From Lama glama (Eukaryota): DNA of 64,000 bases. The DNA is taken from contig CM052818.1 in NCBI GenBank assembly GCA_028534125.1, positions 4,776,001 through 4,840,000 of the forward strand, read 5' to 3'. The notes beneath the pieces are model-generated. The model made no database searches. It saw nothing but the letters and a program-made list of their open reading frames with translations, and was not told where the DNA came from. A program made the translations under genes and the position numbers. The first letter of the stretch is position 1, and every line of letters starts with the position of its first letter. Positions 63,136 through 64,000 of the stretch are shown here, one piece after another.

Positions 63136-63328
63136 AAACTATTTGAATCCATCTCGATCCCTTCCCTGGGAATTGATAGAGTATTATGCAGAGAGTCCAG
63201 AAGTTACGTTTCCCATCGCTACCTGCAGTCCTAGGAATGCAGAGTCCACTCCTCATCCATTACCTTTCCTGCAGCATAGCTTGGCTTCTACTTAATAATC
63301 CAGAGGCATATTTTTTATATGTTTCAGT

Positions 63329-63657
63329 AGGGATGGATAAAGTACAGCTCAAGAGCCCAAACCCAGCCTGGGGCCTGTTTTTGAATGGCCTGTGAAATAA
63401 GAATGGTTTACAATAATTGAGAAAAAAAATCAACAGAAGAATATGTTGTGACATGGAAACATTACATGAAATTCAAATTCCTGTGCCTATAAATAAAGTT
63501 TTATCAAAGCACAGCCATCCCCATTTGTTTATACATCGTCTGCAGCTGTTTTCAGCCTACAATGGCAGAGTTGAGTAGCTGCAACAGAGATCATATGGCC
63601 CACAAAGCCTAAAATATTGGCCATCTGACTCTTTAGGGAAACGTCTGCCAAGCCCTG
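63329..63657. mobile_element. MER58B-like hAT-Charlie MITE
   Basis: AATAAGAATGGTTTAC...ATGAAATTCAAATT...ATAAATAAAGTTTTAT...GGCAGAGTTGAGTAGCTGCAACAGAGA...GGCCCACAAAGCCTAAAATATT...GCCAAGCCCTG. Confidence 0.9.
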
Positions 63658-64000
63658 GTCTGGGTCACACTCTTCCTGATTCCAGTTCCAAGAGTCATGA
63701 TGAATGCATACAGTATGAGCACTTAATTTTCCACTTTAGATCTTGTAAGTTTGCCGGAGGAAGTTTTGCGTTGAGCAATGTTTGCTTACTTTCAGAACGA
63801 ATTTCCAACGCCCTCAAGCTCATGTTACTTATTTCCCTCTGTCCGTGGGAGCGTCACAGACACAAGTCATGTTGTTTCAGTCTGCAAAGCTGAACCTGCC
63901 GCTCCACTGTCAGAGAAACATTTGTTGCGAAGTTTAAATGAGCACTTTATTTAAAACTTTGAAAACATCAAAAGCTTCAAAACAGCTAGGGAAGAAGAGA

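Noticed and set aside
1..64000. CRISPR array, operon or other prokaryotic-type or novel multi-gene system
   Set aside because: Mammalian repeat-rich non-coding DNA; no regularly spaced repeats or gene-dense ORFs seen

Overview
This is non-coding mammalian genomic DNA, almost certainly camelid (alpaca, llama or camel). The species call rests on four tRNA-Ala-derived SINEs of the vic-1 type and camelid/cetartiodactyl-type L1 3' ends. I found no recognisable protein-coding exon, RNA gene or processed pseudogene. The only ORFs with recognisable protein are decayed LINE-1 ORF2 C-termini, and a frameshifted L1 ORF1 remnant is readable in the DNA. The window is a patchwork of transposon relics: MIR, L2, L1, ERV1 and MaLR solo LTRs (several with intact target-site duplications, two nested), and MER58/MER91 DNA transposons. 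It also holds microsatellites and three placeholder gaps of exactly 500 N. Between the repeats lie repeat-poor blocks dense in homeodomain, PBX-HOX and MEIS motifs (about 1.6-3.2, 14.4-16.5, 26.4-26.7, 40.1-40.3, 52.1-54.0 and 61.7-61.9 kb). These suggest a gene desert or large intron in the regulatory domain of a developmental gene, which I cannot name. The sequence does not support a novel biological system. The best leads are candidate enhancers, a perfect DR4 nuclear-receptor element apparently made by micro-duplication, and a few informative retrotransposition structures. Repeat family names are from recognition by eye, and boundaries without a TSD are approximate.
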